64,000 nucleotides of DNA, taken from an uncultured Veillonellaceae bacterium (GTDB lineage Bacteria; Bacillota; Negativicutes; JARBTT01). The notes under the pieces were generated by a model. It searched no databases. It was given only the letters and a program-made list of their open reading frames with translations, and was not told the origin of the DNA. Made by a program: the position numbers and the translations under genes. Position 1 is the first letter of the stretch; every line of letters starts with the position of its first letter. Below, piece after piece: positions 37,111-47,647 of the stretch. The stretch covers positions 608,001 through 672,000 of the forward strand of contig CAWDTA010000005.1 in the NCBI GenBank assembly GCA_963805085.1, given 5' to 3'.

Positions 37111-39507
37111 TTGATGTGCCAGCCAATTATTTTTATCAATTGCTTGGTCGGTGTATTCATAGCGGGCATTTTTTGCGTAGGTCAGATGGTAGTACCGCTG
37201 ACTGTTTTATATAGTTCGATTGTAGTTTTGTTGTTTAGTAGTTTGCTTTTTCTCTATATTGGTGAAAAATATGCAAACTATAGTATTTTGGCATTGTTTT
37301 TCTTTTTGGGTTTTTTACGTTCAACGCATGATTTGGTGATAGCACCAAATGACATTAGCAATGAGATTGGGCATGTGGCAAAGGTGACTGGGAGTGTTGT
37401 CGATACACCACGCATCAAAATACTGGATGAGGGTAAAACGAGCATCCGTTATGTTTTAGAAGTAACAAAAGTAGAAGTCGAACATCAGAAGAAAAGTGTC
37501 AGTGGAAAAGTGGTTGTTAACCTTACACAAAAACCTGAGCTGCCGATTGCTGTATATGGTGACCAAGTAACGGTTATTGGCGAAGTGCAAAGTCTACATG
37601 GTTATAATAATCCGGGGCTAATTGATAGTGTAGCGATGTTGAAAAGGCAAGGAATTACAGCGAAACTGAAAGCTGTAAAAAATAGTGCTGTGGTACAAGT
37701 GAGTGAAGAAAGTAATTTCCGCCGGACAATCGATGCAATAAGAGAAAAAATTCGTTCCTCGATGGAAAATGTAATGCCAAAGCAAGACGCTGCGGCAGTG
37801 TTTGCTATGCTTTTTGGTGGCTATGGAGGAATAAAACCTGAATTGGCGGCTGCGTTTACAGCAACGGGGATTGTCCACATTTTATCGGTATCTGGTTCAC
37901 ATATTGCGTTATTGGCTGGCACAATGCAAAAAGTCGGGAGTCTGCTGCGGCTTAGTCCACTTGTTACAGCTATTTTTGTTATTGCGACAGTGTTAATCTA
38001 TGCGTTATTTTCTGGCGGTGTACCTCCAGTCGTGCGGTCAGCGACAATGGGGATTATGACGTTCGTTGCCTTGGCACTAGGAAGAGAAAAAGATGCTTGC
38101 ATAGCGCTCGCTTTTGTCAGCTTGGTGATGCTAGCGATGAGTCCACAATTGATCTACGATATAAGTTTCCAGCTTTCTTTTGCGGCAACCGCTGGCTTGT
38201 TATATTTATCGCCAACGTTGACAAAACTGTTGGTAAGGTTGCCAAAGTATGTTGCGATTAATATGGCGATCACAATTGCGGCGCAACTGAGTGTATTACC
38301 GTTTTTAGCGTGGTACTTTAATAGTGTTTCTTTGAGTGCGCTAATCGCGAATATCCTAGTAGTGCCAATCATTGAGAATATGATTATTTTTGGTTTGTTT
38401 GGGGTGATCATTGGCGTGATCTTTCCAATCGGGCAGGCGCTTCTGTTTGTGTATTGCAGTTTAGCGATTGGCCTAGTGTATCAACTTACTAGTGCTGTTG
38501 CGGCTATACCTAGTGGAAATTTATATGTACCGTCCATTGGTATTTGGAGTGGGGCTTGTTACTATATCACTTTAGCAGGCATCTTTGTTTTATTACAATG
38601 GAGAGCAGGCTCTTTAGAGCAATATTGGAACAACTATAAAAAGGAGTTATTAGGAATTAGCGTTATCCTAGTTTTCATTGTCATTGCTTATCAAAATCAT
38701 AGTGAACCTGTTCGAATGCATTTTATCGATGTGGGGCAGGGGGATGCCATGCTATTCACAACGCCCCATGGAAAAAACATTGTGATTGATACTGGCGGGG
38801 TCCTCTCTCTATTGGGTGATTTTGATGTGGGTGAGCGCGTCGTTGTTCCTTATTTGAAGCATTATGGGGTAACCAAGGTAGATTATCTTTTATTGACACA
38901 TGTGCATGAAGATCATGCTGGTGGTGCAGCGGCAATTCGCAGGCATCTTCTGGTAGAGCATATTATCATTGGCAAAGAAAATAGAAATGAGTATGCCAAG
39001 GTATTTAAAACTAGCTTACAAGATACGGCTTCTTTTGCTGCAGCTTACACCAGCGAAGAATTTGTTGTCGATGGTGTAAAAGTGCAAGTACTACAAGCGT
39101 TAGATGCGGTCAAGGCTGGTAGTGGAAACGAAGTTTCTAATGTGTTTAAAATTACTTATGGAAAACATAGCTTTCTAATTACAGGGGATTTAGATGCAGA
39201 TGGCGAAAAAGAATTAGTAAAGAATCAAGCAAATTTAAAAAGTACGGTGTTAAAAGTTGCTCATCATGGATCGAAAACTTCTTCGACGCCAGAGTTTATT
39301 CAAACGGTCGACCCGCAGTATGCGGTTATCTCCGTTGGGGCAAATAATACGTTTGGGCACCCGAATCAAAAGGTAGTGGAGCGTTTAGAGCAGCAAGCAA
39401 CTGTGCTTAGAACGGATACCTGTGGTGCGATTGTGTTTGCTAGTGATGGTAAGACGCTAACTGTAGATACTTTTAATAGAGATAGTTTAACAGACAAAAA
39501 GGAGTAA
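37111..39507 (+). CDS. comEC: DNA internalization competence protein ComEC/Rec2
   Basis: GIVHILSVSGSH, SFQLSF, DVGQGD, THVHEDH, HHGS metallo-beta-lactamase domain. Confidence 0.95.
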   Translation: MMCQPIIFINCLVGVFIAGIFCVGQMVVPLTVLYSSIVVLLFSSLLFLYIGEKYANYSILALFFFLGFLRSTHDLVIAPNDISNEIGHVAKVTGSVVDTPRIKILDEGKTSIRYVLEVTKVEVEHQKKSVSGKVVVNLTQKPELPIAVYGDQVTVIGEVQSLHGYNNPGLIDSVAMLKRQGITAKLKAVKNSAVVQVSEESNFRRTIDAIREKIRSSMENVMPKQDAAAVFAMLFGGYGGIKPELAAAFTATGIVHILSVSGSHIALLAGTMQKVGSLLRLSPLVTAIFVIATVLIYALFSGGVPPVVRSATMGIMTFVALALGREKDACIALAFVSLVMLAMSPQLIYDISFQLSFAATAGLLYLSPTLTKLLVRLPKYVAINMAITIAAQLSVLPFLAWYFNSVSLSALIANILVVPIIENMIIFGLFGVIIGVIFPIGQALLFVYCSLAIGLVYQLTSAVAAIPSGNLYVPSIGIWSGACYYITLAGIFVLLQWRAGSLEQYWNNYKKELLGISVILVFIVIAYQNHSEPVRMHFIDVGQGDAMLFTTPHGKNIVIDTGGVLSLLGDFDVGERVVVPYLKHYGVTKVDYLLLTHVHEDHAGGAAAIRRHLLVEHIIIGKENRNEYAKVFKTSLQDTASFAAAYTSEEFVVDGVKVQVLQALDAVKAGSGNEVSNVFKITYGKHSFLITGDLDADGEKELVKNQANLKSTVLKVAHHGSKTSSTPEFIQTVDPQYAVISVGANNTFGHPNQKVVERLEQQATVLRTDTCGAIVFASDGKTLTVDTFNRDSLTDKKE

Positions 39508-39509
39508 GC

Positions 39510-40538
39510 ATGAATTATTTTGAAGCGGTAGGAGAACTCAATAAAGGCATAACGAAGCCGATTTATTTGATTAGTGGGGAAGAAACGTTTTTAGCCAGTA
39601 AATTAGAGAAGAAAATTATTGCCAAATTATTGCCCGAAGGTGAGCAAGATGGACTTAATGTAATGAATGGCGATGTGGAAATAGAAGCCTTGATTCAGTT
39701 AATTGATACGGTACCTTTTTTTGGTGAAAAAAATATGATCGTGATTCGCAATACAAATTTATTTAAAGAGCGCAAAAAAAATGCTGATCATGAAAATTCT
39801 AGTAGTAAGGTAGAGGAAAAACTCATCGAATTGTTTGCCAATATGCCGTCCTATAGTGTACTTCTCTTACTTACTCCTGAAAAAGCGGATAAACGCCGTA
39901 AGTTATATAAAACGATTGCGAAATATGGTGCTGTTGTTGAAGCTTTACCGATAAAAGCTTGGGAAGTAAAAGACTGGTTACAGGAAAAATTGCGTGAGAT
40001 GGATCGGCAATTTGCCCGTGATGCCTATGAGTATTTTTTAGAATTAACTAGCGTGATGAACCATATTTCGTTAGGTTTTCTCGACCAAGAACTTGATAAA
40101 GTCGCGTTAGCCAGTGATAAAAAAATGATAAGTAAGCAAGAACTAGTAGAACTTTTAGCGAGTATTCCAGAAGTTTCAATCTTTGCAATGCTTGATGCTA
40201 TTAGTGATAAAAAAGTAAAAAAGGCGTTACAATTGTTATCCGAACAATTCAACGCCGGAGAACATCCGCTTAAAATCATTACGATGCTAAGTCGCCATGC
40301 CCGGCAATTATGGCAAGCAAAATTACTTGCAAGGCAAGGGTATACCAGTAAGATGATTGCGGGAAATTTAGGTTTGTTACCTATTATTGCGGAAAGACTC
40401 GTCAATAAAAGTAAAAATTTTCAGGAAGAAATATTGAAAAATGCGTTGCTTCAGTTAGCGGATGCTGATTATAAACTTAAATCAGGACAAACCAACTGTA
40501 TTTTGTTAGAAAATATTATTATTGAATTGTGTGCTTAA
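39510..40538 (+). CDS. holA: DNA polymerase III delta subunit
   Basis: YLISGEE, PFFGE, DKRRKLYK, ELDK; follows comEC. Confidence 0.92.
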   Translation: MNYFEAVGELNKGITKPIYLISGEETFLASKLEKKIIAKLLPEGEQDGLNVMNGDVEIEALIQLIDTVPFFGEKNMIVIRNTNLFKERKKNADHENSSSKVEEKLIELFANMPSYSVLLLLTPEKADKRRKLYKTIAKYGAVVEALPIKAWEVKDWLQEKLREMDRQFARDAYEYFLELTSVMNHISLGFLDQELDKVALASDKKMISKQELVELLASIPEVSIFAMLDAISDKKVKKALQLLSEQFNAGEHPLKIITMLSRHARQLWQAKLLARQGYTSKMIAGNLGLLPIIAERLVNKSKNFQEEILKNALLQLADADYKLKSGQTNCILLENIIIELCA

Positions 40539-40586
40539 AAAAACAGATGGTTCATTTGAAAAAATCAAATGAACCATCTGCTTTTT
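40537..40586 (+). terminator. terminator after holA
   Basis: CAGATGGTTCATTTGA/TCAAATGAACCATCTG plus T-run. Confidence 0.8.
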
Positions 40587-40659
40587 GTAGTAAGTATAAG
40601 TAATACGAAAATAAGAAAGCCTATCCTTAAGGATAGGCCTTTTATCACATAATGTAAAA

Positions 40660-40926
40660 CTATTTAGCTAAAGCGTTAAGTTTACGAGCTAAACGAGATT
40701 TTTTGCGAGCCGCAGCGTTTTTATGGAAAACACCTTTAGCAGCTCCTGTATCAATAGTTTTGCTAGCTTTGATAAGGAGGGCTTTAGCTTCATCAGCTTG
40801 ACCAGCTTCAATAGCTTCTACTAATTTACGAGCAGCAGTTTTCACAGCTGATTTTGCAGCGAAGTTTTTTGCACGACGTTCAGCGTCAGATTTTACGCTG
40901 CGTACAGATGAAATAATATTTGGCAA
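40660..40926 (-). CDS. rpsT: 30S ribosomal protein S20
   Basis: TTG start after AAGGAGGTG; PNIISSVRSVK...KGVFHKNAAARKKSRL. Confidence 0.96.
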   Translation of the reverse strand: MPNIISSVRSVKSDAERRAKNFAAKSAVKTAARKLVEAIEAGQADEAKALLIKASKTIDTGAAKGVFHKNAAARKKSRLARKLNALAK

Positions 40927-41111
40927 GTGTTTCACCTCCTTAAGGGTTTGTTTACCTAAATATTCTAGCATGTACTTATCTAAAATGCAAGCATGAATTC
41001 TTAGATAAAGACATAAACTAAAAACTAGTATAGCCAAATTTTTATTGCTGGTCAATAAAAATTTATTTTTAAGAATATTTAGTAATTTTTCACACAATAA
41101 GGAGCGATGAA

Positions 41112-42086
41112 ATGCAAAATTTTATGACAATCAGAACAGACTTAGCAATTGAAGCACGCGAGATGGTGACAAAGCATGTTTCACATGATGTATCTGGCGT
41201 TGATGTAGTAACGAGCAAAGATGAAGATGTATTGATCACAAGAGTAAATATTACCAATCAAGCAGCCGAAGATGCTCTAGGAAAACCAATCGGCAAATAC
41301 ATTACCATTGAGGCTCAAGGCTTGAAATATAATGATGCGGATTTACATGAAAAAATAGCAGAATTTCTAGCTGAGGAATTAAATGGATTGATTAAAATAA
41401 GTAGTACAGCCACCGTTTTAGTAGTGGGTTTGGGAAATCGCAATATTACGCCGGATGCATTGGGGCCTAAAACGATAGAAAAATTGGTTGTGACTCGTCA
41501 TTTAAAAGGTATGTTATTGGATGATGTAAAAGATCGTATGCGCCTTGTTTGTGCGATTGAGCCAGGCGTACTTGGTATTACAGGAATGGAGACCGCGGAA
41601 ATTATTCAAGGGATCGTTACAAAGATAAAACCGGATATGGTAATTGCGATTGACGCGCTTGCTGCTGCTGCGAGTCACCGGGTGAATACGACGATCCAAC
41701 TTGCCAATACGGGAATTCACCCGGGCTCTGGTGTTGATAATAAACGATTTGGCTTGAATCAAGCAACGCTCGGCGTGCCGGTTATTGCGATTGGTGTACC
41801 AACGGTAGTACATGCCTCAACGATTGCGATGGACACGATTCATGCCCTGAAGGAGCATGCTTCTTTTGCGCGTTATTTTAAAAGTCTGGAAACGCTATCC
41901 GCGAGCGAATGTCAAACGATTGTTCGACAAGTATTGCCAGAAACATTAGGTAACTTAATGGTAACACCAAAAGAAATTGATCAGATTATTACTGATATAT
42001 CTACAGTGGTTGCAAAGGGCATTAACCAAGCGCTCCATGAGAAGATTGATTACGAAAATATTCATACCTGTATCAAGTATATATAG
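41112..42086 (+). CDS. gpr: germination protease GPR
   Basis: RTDLAIEA, GLGNRNITPDALGP, IDALAA, GVPTVV, LMVTPKEID. Confidence 0.95.
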   Translation: MQNFMTIRTDLAIEAREMVTKHVSHDVSGVDVVTSKDEDVLITRVNITNQAAEDALGKPIGKYITIEAQGLKYNDADLHEKIAEFLAEELNGLIKISSTATVLVVGLGNRNITPDALGPKTIEKLVVTRHLKGMLLDDVKDRMRLVCAIEPGVLGITGMETAEIIQGIVTKIKPDMVIAIDALAAAASHRVNTTIQLANTGIHPGSGVDNKRFGLNQATLGVPVIAIGVPTVVHASTIAMDTIHALKEHASFARYFKSLETLSASECQTIVRQVLPETLGNLMVTPKEIDQIITDISTVVAKGINQALHEKIDYENIHTCIKYI

Positions 42087-42106
42087 TAGCTTGTTTGCAT
42101 ATACAT
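42079..42106 (+). promoter_or_regulatory. putative sigmaE-type promoter before spoIIP
   Basis: ATA-N14-CATATACAT. Confidence 0.45.
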
Positions 42107-42151
42107 CGTATGTAAGTAAAATTTCGCTCTATAGCAATAGGGGGAACTATA

Positions 42152-43192
42152 GTGACGAGAATGCAAAAAAAACACTTGTTGAATACCAGTAAGAAAATGC
42201 TATTGATTCATGTTATGGTTGCTACCGTTATGTTGAGTGGTTTTTATACCTACTTGTTGAATGCAACGGTACCTGTAGTAGCGATGCATTCAACAAATAC
42301 GATGTTTATGGGACTAGCCACTTGGCGTGACTTTTTATTTTGGGGCATTCCCGGACTAGCCCACTCAAATGAGCTGAAAGCAAATCAAGATACAACTGTT
42401 CAGCGTTCCATGCGGGATTGGCTGAATGAAACGTTGATTCTTTTTACTAATATTAATGGCAATGATTTGAGCTCTATTTTACGGGCAGAGTTACCAAGGG
42501 TAGCAGTACAAAAAAATAATTTGGTAAGTATGCCAGCCATAACGAAAGTGAAATTACCTTCCTTTAATGTTGCTAAAAATTTAGGCAAGCCTGTTGTGGC
42601 TGTATATCATACCCATACATCAGAATCATTTATTCCTAGTTCTGGCGTAGCCCATAGTCCGGGTGGACAAATTGGCCAAATTACTGAAGTTGGTGATGCG
42701 TTGATTCAAGCCTTGGCCAAACAAGGAATTTCAGGAATACAAGATACGACGATTCATGATTCTCCAAGCTTTATGAAAGCTTATGGCGCATCGGAGGTTA
42801 CGGTAAAAAGAATTTTAAAAGAAAACTCTTCAATACAAATGATTTTTGATATTCACAGAGATGCCGCCAAGCGAGAAAATGTGATTACGACAGTCAACGG
42901 AGAAACGGTAGCTAAATTTAGTATTGTTGTTGCACAAGGGCAAACCGATTTGCCACAACCACATTGGAAAGAAAATTATGCATTAGCAAAATTAATTGAT
43001 GAAAAATGCAATGAAAAGTATCCGGGATTATCTAAAGGAATTACACTTGATCAATGGCGTTATAATCAACATTTGCATCCACACGCCTTATTGCTTGAAG
43101 TAGGCAGTGAAGAAACAAGCAACGAAGAAGCAATGCGTTCTATGGAAATGTTAGGTGAGGTGCTTGCTGAAATTTTACAAGGCAATAGTTGA
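42152..43192 (+). CDS. spoIIP: stage II sporulation protein P (engulfment amidase)
   Basis: YHTHTSES, DIHRD, YNQHL, LLEVG; follows gpr. Confidence 0.92.
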   Translation: MTRMQKKHLLNTSKKMLLIHVMVATVMLSGFYTYLLNATVPVVAMHSTNTMFMGLATWRDFLFWGIPGLAHSNELKANQDTTVQRSMRDWLNETLILFTNINGNDLSSILRAELPRVAVQKNNLVSMPAITKVKLPSFNVAKNLGKPVVAVYHTHTSESFIPSSGVAHSPGGQIGQITEVGDALIQALAKQGISGIQDTTIHDSPSFMKAYGASEVTVKRILKENSSIQMIFDIHRDAAKRENVITTVNGETVAKFSIVVAQGQTDLPQPHWKENYALAKLIDEKCNEKYPGLSKGITLDQWRYNQHLHPHALLLEVGSEETSNEEAMRSMEMLGEVLAEILQGNS

Positions 43193-43200
43193 GGTGAAAT

Positions 43201-43461
43201 ATGCGTAGAGTCGAACGAATTTGGTTAGGGCGAATGTTAAAAGGATTCTTATTTTTTCTTTTCTTTATTCTAATCGGTACTTTAGTTGTGGAGATGCAGA
43301 TTGATGATTTGACCTGGAATCATGATCTTATCATTCAAAATCAGGTCAGCGAAATTTATCAGCAGTCGGTAACAACTTTTTACAATTTGGAAGAAGAAGT
43401 GCGTTCGTATTACACGGATTGGGCAAAAGAAGTCAGTGAGTATTTTGAAGCGATATTGTAA
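43201..43461 (+). CDS. hypothetical membrane protein (86 aa)
   Basis: RBS GAGGTG, one N-terminal TM; between spoIIP and lepA. Confidence 0.7.
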   Translation: MRRVERIWLGRMLKGFLFFLFFILIGTLVVEMQIDDLTWNHDLIIQNQVSEIYQQSVTTFYNLEEEVRSYYTDWAKEVSEYFEAIL

Positions 43462-43534
43462 TGCTTGCAGGTTTTGACTATACAATGCTATAATTTAAAG
43501 AAGTATTTGTAGATTTAGGCTACGGGAGGAAAAA

Positions 43535-45331
43535 ATGCAAACAAAGAATATTCGTAATTTCTCTATTATCGCGCATATAGATCATGGCAAATCGACGATT
43601 GCTGATCGTCTTATTGAATATACTGGCACTTTATCGAAACGTGAAATGGAAGCGCAAGTCCTTGATCAAATGGATTTAGAACGTGAACGTGGGATTACGA
43701 TCAAAGCGCAAGCTGTTCGTCTAGACTATGTTGGTAAAGATGGTCAAATGTATCAAATTAATTTAATTGATACACCAGGTCATGTCGATTTTACTTATGA
43801 AGTATCAAGAAGTTTAGCTGCTTGTGAAGGCGCACTGCTCGTTGTTGATGCTGCGCAGGGAATTGAAGCGCAAACGTTAGCAAACGTATACCTCGCATTA
43901 GAAAACGATTTGGAAATCATTCCAGTTATCAATAAAATTGACTTACCAAGTGCGGAACCAGAAAAGGTAAAACAAGAAATAGAAGATGTTATCGGTTTGG
44001 ATACAACGGATGCTGTTCTTGCCAGTGCAAAAGTTGGGATTGGTATCGAAGAAATTTTAGATGCCATTGTAGCGAAAGTGCCAGCACCAAGTGGTAGTAC
44101 GAGTGCGCCGCTGAGTGCGCTAATCTTTGATTCCCATTTTGATGCTTATAAAGGCGTTATTGCTTATGTGCGGGTTATGGATGGAGCGATCAAACCTGGC
44201 ATGAAATTAAAAATGATCGCAACGAATAAAGAATTTGAAGTAACCGAGGTTGGCTGTTTTAGACCAGCTTTAACCAATATAGAAGAACTTGGTACGGGTC
44301 AGGTTGGTTTTGTTTCTGGTAGCATAAAGAATGTAAAAGATGTTCGTGTTGGGGATACCATTACAGATGCGAGTCGTCCAGTTGCAAAAGCATTGCCTGG
44401 GTATCGCGGGATCAATCCAATGGTATATTGTGGTTTGTATCCAGTGGATAGTTCCGATTACGATAATTTAAAAGATGCGTTAGAAAAATTGCAATTGAAT
44501 GATGCTTCGTTATTATTCGAGCCAGAAACTTCGATTGCCTTAGGGTTTGGTTACCGTTGTGGTTTTCTAGGCTTGCTTCATATGGATGTTATTCAAGAAC
44601 GTTTGGAACGCGAATACAATTTAAGCTTAATTACAACAGCACCGAGTGTAATTTACCATGTCTATAAGACGAATGGTGAAATGATTAAAATTGATAATCC
44701 TTCACATTTACCACCAGTTACAGAAATAGAGCGTATTGATGAACCCTATGTAAGAGCAACAGTGATTGTGCCAAATGATTATGTGGGTACAGTGATGGAA
44801 CTTTCACAAGAAAAACGCGGTGAATTCAAAGACATGAAATATCTTGATGTGAATCGTGTCATGGTCACGTATCATATTCCACTCAGTGAAATTATTTATG
44901 ATTATTTTGATCGTTTGAAATCCTCTACGCGTGGTTACGCTTCGCTTGATTATGAAATAACCGATTATCAAACCTCTAAGTTAGTGAAGTTAGATATCCT
45001 ACTCAATGGCGATCCTGTAGATGCTTTATCAGTTATCGTACATAAAGATAAAGCATCGCATCGTGGGCGTCAATTGGCAGAAAAATTAAAAGGTATCATT
45101 CCACAGCAAATGTTTGAAATTCCGATTCAAGCGGCTGTTGGTAATAAAGTAATCGCCCGTGAGACGGTTCGCGCGATGCGTAAGGATGTATTGGCAAAAT
45201 GTTACGGCGGTGATATTTCTCGTAAACGTAAATTGCTAGAAAAACAAAAAGAAGGTAAAAAACGCATGAAGTCAGTGGGGAATGTTGAAATTCCACAAGA
45301 AGCGTTTATGGCAATTTTGAAAATTGACTAA
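43535..45331 (+). CDS. lepA: translation elongation factor 4 LepA
   Basis: [34 protein letters not shown]. Confidence 0.98.
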   Translation: MQTKNIRNFSIIAHIDHGKSTIADRLIEYTGTLSKREMEAQVLDQMDLERERGITIKAQAVRLDYVGKDGQMYQINLIDTPGHVDFTYEVSRSLAACEGALLVVDAAQGIEAQTLANVYLALENDLEIIPVINKIDLPSAEPEKVKQEIEDVIGLDTTDAVLASAKVGIGIEEILDAIVAKVPAPSGSTSAPLSALIFDSHFDAYKGVIAYVRVMDGAIKPGMKLKMIATNKEFEVTEVGCFRPALTNIEELGTGQVGFVSGSIKNVKDVRVGDTITDASRPVAKALPGYRGINPMVYCGLYPVDSSDYDNLKDALEKLQLNDASLLFEPETSIALGFGYRCGFLGLLHMDVIQERLEREYNLSLITTAPSVIYHVYKTNGEMIKIDNPSHLPPVTEIERIDEPYVRATVIVPNDYVGTVMELSQEKRGEFKDMKYLDVNRVMVTYHIPLSEIIYDYFDRLKSSTRGYASLDYEITDYQTSKLVKLDILLNGDPVDALSVIVHKDKASHRGRQLAEKLKGIIPQQMFEIPIQAAVGNKVIARETVRAMRKDVLAKCYGGDISRKRKLLEKQKEGKKRMKSVGNVEIPQEAFMAILKID

Positions 45332-45347
45332 GCTTAGGAGTGGTGTT

Positions 45348-46484
45348 ATGAATTTGGGGTTATATATTCATATACCGTTTTGTCAGCAAAAATGTTTTTA
45401 TTGCGACTTTCCTTCCTACGCAAATATAGAGGATTTACAGGAAGACTATACAGCCGCCTTGCGCCGAGAAATTGCTGCGCAAGGCGGTCTTTTCTCTGCA
45501 TACGTTGTAGATACGATTTATATTGGCGGCGGTACACCAACGGTATTAAGCGCCAAGCTGCTGAAACAAATCATTGCTGAGGTAAAACAAGTTTTTGTGA
45601 TTTCACCAGAGGTAGAATGGACGATAGAAGTCAATCCTGGGACAGTTGATGAAGAAAAATTAACGATGCTTTTTCAAAATGGAGTAAATCGTTTAAGCTT
45701 TGGCGTGCAGAGTTTTAACGATGCTGTATTAAAAAAAATTGGCCGTATTCATGATCGACAGCAATCAATTGAAGCCATCAATTTGGCAGAAAAAGTTGGC
45801 TTTCAAAATATGAGTCTAGATTTAATGTATGGCTTACCAAAGCAAACAATGGAGGATCTCAAGGAAAGTATTGCCCAAGCCGCTAAACTTGCTGTCAAAC
45901 ATATTTCTATTTATGGGTTAAAAGTTGAACCTGGTACCATATTTGCAAAGTTAGAGGAAAAAAATCAACTTGCTTTGCCGAGTGAAGAAGTAGACGAAGC
46001 GATGTATGAACTTGTGATGAATTCTTTGCCGCAATATGGTTATCAGCGCTATGAAATATCAAATTTTGCGCGCAGTGGTTTTGAAAGTAAACATAATTTG
46101 AAATATTGGCAAGATCAGCCTTATCTTGGGCTAGGGGCTTCAGCCCATTCTTATTTTGAAGCCAAGCGTTTTTCAAATGTATCGAATGTAAGAGAATACA
46201 TTCAGCGAATTTCTACAGGAGCATCCCAGCGGGAACAGTGTGAAAAACTCGATCCCAAGGTATTAATGGAAGAATTTTGTTTTTTGGCACTGAGAACAAA
46301 AAGTGGCATTGATATAGAAAAATTTGATGCAAAATTTAGTAGTAACTTTTTTTCTGTTTATGGTCATATTATAGATAGTCTGAGAACAAAAAAGTTAATC
46401 GAACAAGATGGAAAATACATTTATTTAACTGCTTTAGGGATGAAATTTGGTAATCAAGTCTTTTGTGAATTTTTATTAGATTAA
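45348..46484 (+). CDS. hemW: radical SAM heme chaperone HemW
   Basis: YIHIPFCQQKCFYCDF, GGGTPT, YEISNF, HNLKYW. Confidence 0.93.
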   Translation: MNLGLYIHIPFCQQKCFYCDFPSYANIEDLQEDYTAALRREIAAQGGLFSAYVVDTIYIGGGTPTVLSAKLLKQIIAEVKQVFVISPEVEWTIEVNPGTVDEEKLTMLFQNGVNRLSFGVQSFNDAVLKKIGRIHDRQQSIEAINLAEKVGFQNMSLDLMYGLPKQTMEDLKESIAQAAKLAVKHISIYGLKVEPGTIFAKLEEKNQLALPSEEVDEAMYELVMNSLPQYGYQRYEISNFARSGFESKHNLKYWQDQPYLGLGASAHSYFEAKRFSNVSNVREYIQRISTGASQREQCEKLDPKVLMEEFCFLALRTKSGIDIEKFDAKFSSNFFSVYGHIIDSLRTKKLIEQDGKYIYLTALGMKFGNQVFCEFLLD

Positions 46485-46498
46485 AATGAAGTTGTTTA

Positions 46499-46527
46499 TT
46501 GACATTTTAATTAAGTAGTGGTATGTT
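46499..46527 (+). promoter_or_regulatory. sigmaA promoter of hrcA operon
   Basis: TTGACA-17-TATGTT with extended TG. Confidence 0.8.
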
Positions 46528-46538
46528 TTTATTAGACA

Positions 46539-46565
46539 TTAGCACTCACTAGTATAGAGTGCTAA
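46539..46565. promoter_or_regulatory. CIRCE element (HrcA operator)
   Basis: perfect TTAGCACTC-N9-GAGTGCTAA. Confidence 0.97.
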
Positions 46566-46582
46566 CAATAGGAGGTGGGAAG

Positions 46583-47611
46583 ATGCTTGATGAGCGTAAA
46601 CGAAAAATTCTCCAGGCTATAATTAATGATTATATTTCCACCGCAGAACCTATTGGTTCAAGGACAATTGCTCGTAAATATGACCTTGGGATTAGTCCGG
46701 CTACCATTCGTAATGAAATGGCGGATTTAGAATTACTTGGGTATATTGAGCAACTCCATACTTCTTCAGGGCGTATTCCTTCGGCGAAAGGCTATCGACT
46801 TTATGTGGATGCCTTGTTATCACCGGAGACGATAACTGAAAAGGAAATCAATTTAATCAGTAATTGGTATGATGTAAAAGTAAGACGGGTTGAGGAAGTA
46901 TTCCAAGAAACTGCAAAAATCATATCAAGAATGACTAAAAATATTTCGTTGGTTTTAGCACCACAGTTATCACAAGCTACATTTAGATATTTGCAATTTT
47001 TACCGTTAGATGAAAGTCGTGTCATCGTTGTGGTTATGACAGATTCTGGATTTGTTGAAAATAAAGTAATTGTCATGCCAAGCGGCACTACTGTTGAAGA
47101 TTTACAACGCATTGCTTTGGTTGTAAATAAACATTTGGCAGGGCAAGCTTTAGATTCGATTAAGCCGTCTGTTTTACGAAAGATTAAAGCAGATGTACTC
47201 GCAAATTCAAGTTTCTTTGACGTTGCAATGGAAGCGATTAGCCAAGCTCTCACCGTTGATAAAAAAGAACGTGTTTACCTAGGTGGTACGACACAACTTT
47301 TAAATCAACCGGAATTTCGCGATATTGATAAAGTAAAAAGTATTTTTTTGATGCTTGAGGAAGAACAATTGTTGTGTGATTTATTGCACGCACACGATGG
47401 TGAAGGCATTGCTGTTACGATTGGTCAAGAAAATAAATATAGTGGGATTCAAGAGTGCAGTATGATTAGTGCGACCTATAAGCTAGATGGTCAAATTATC
47501 GGTACGATTGCAGTACTTGGACCAACGCGAATGGAATATGGTAAAATTATGACATTGCTTGATTTTATGAATAGTAATCTAGGGCAAATATTAAAAAAAT
47601 ATAAGTTATAG
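46583..47611 (+). CDS. hrcA: heat-inducible transcription repressor HrcA
   Basis: EPIGSRT, SPATIRNEMADLE, HTSSGRIPS, GPTRMEY; ATG after GGAGG. Confidence 0.97.
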   Translation: MLDERKRKILQAIINDYISTAEPIGSRTIARKYDLGISPATIRNEMADLELLGYIEQLHTSSGRIPSAKGYRLYVDALLSPETITEKEINLISNWYDVKVRRVEEVFQETAKIISRMTKNISLVLAPQLSQATFRYLQFLPLDESRVIVVVMTDSGFVENKVIVMPSGTTVEDLQRIALVVNKHLAGQALDSIKPSVLRKIKADVLANSSFFDVAMEAISQALTVDKKERVYLGGTTQLLNQPEFRDIDKVKSIFLMLEEEQLLCDLLHAHDGEGIAVTIGQENKYSGIQECSMISATYKLDGQIIGTIAVLGPTRMEYGKIMTLLDFMNSNLGQILKKYKL

Positions 47612-47647
47612 AAGTTTTTATAACGATATATTTGGAGGAGTACCCAA

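Noticed and set aside
40927-41097. N-terminal extension of rpsT in ORF track (likewise hrcA, dnaJ, floA, RRM gene, spoIVFA)
   Set aside because: Strong SD sequences point to downstream starts; the extensions cross promoters or operators.
46289-46395. Direct repeat CTGAGAACAAAAA in hemW
   Set aside because: Both copies encode LRTK in an intact gene; coincidental.
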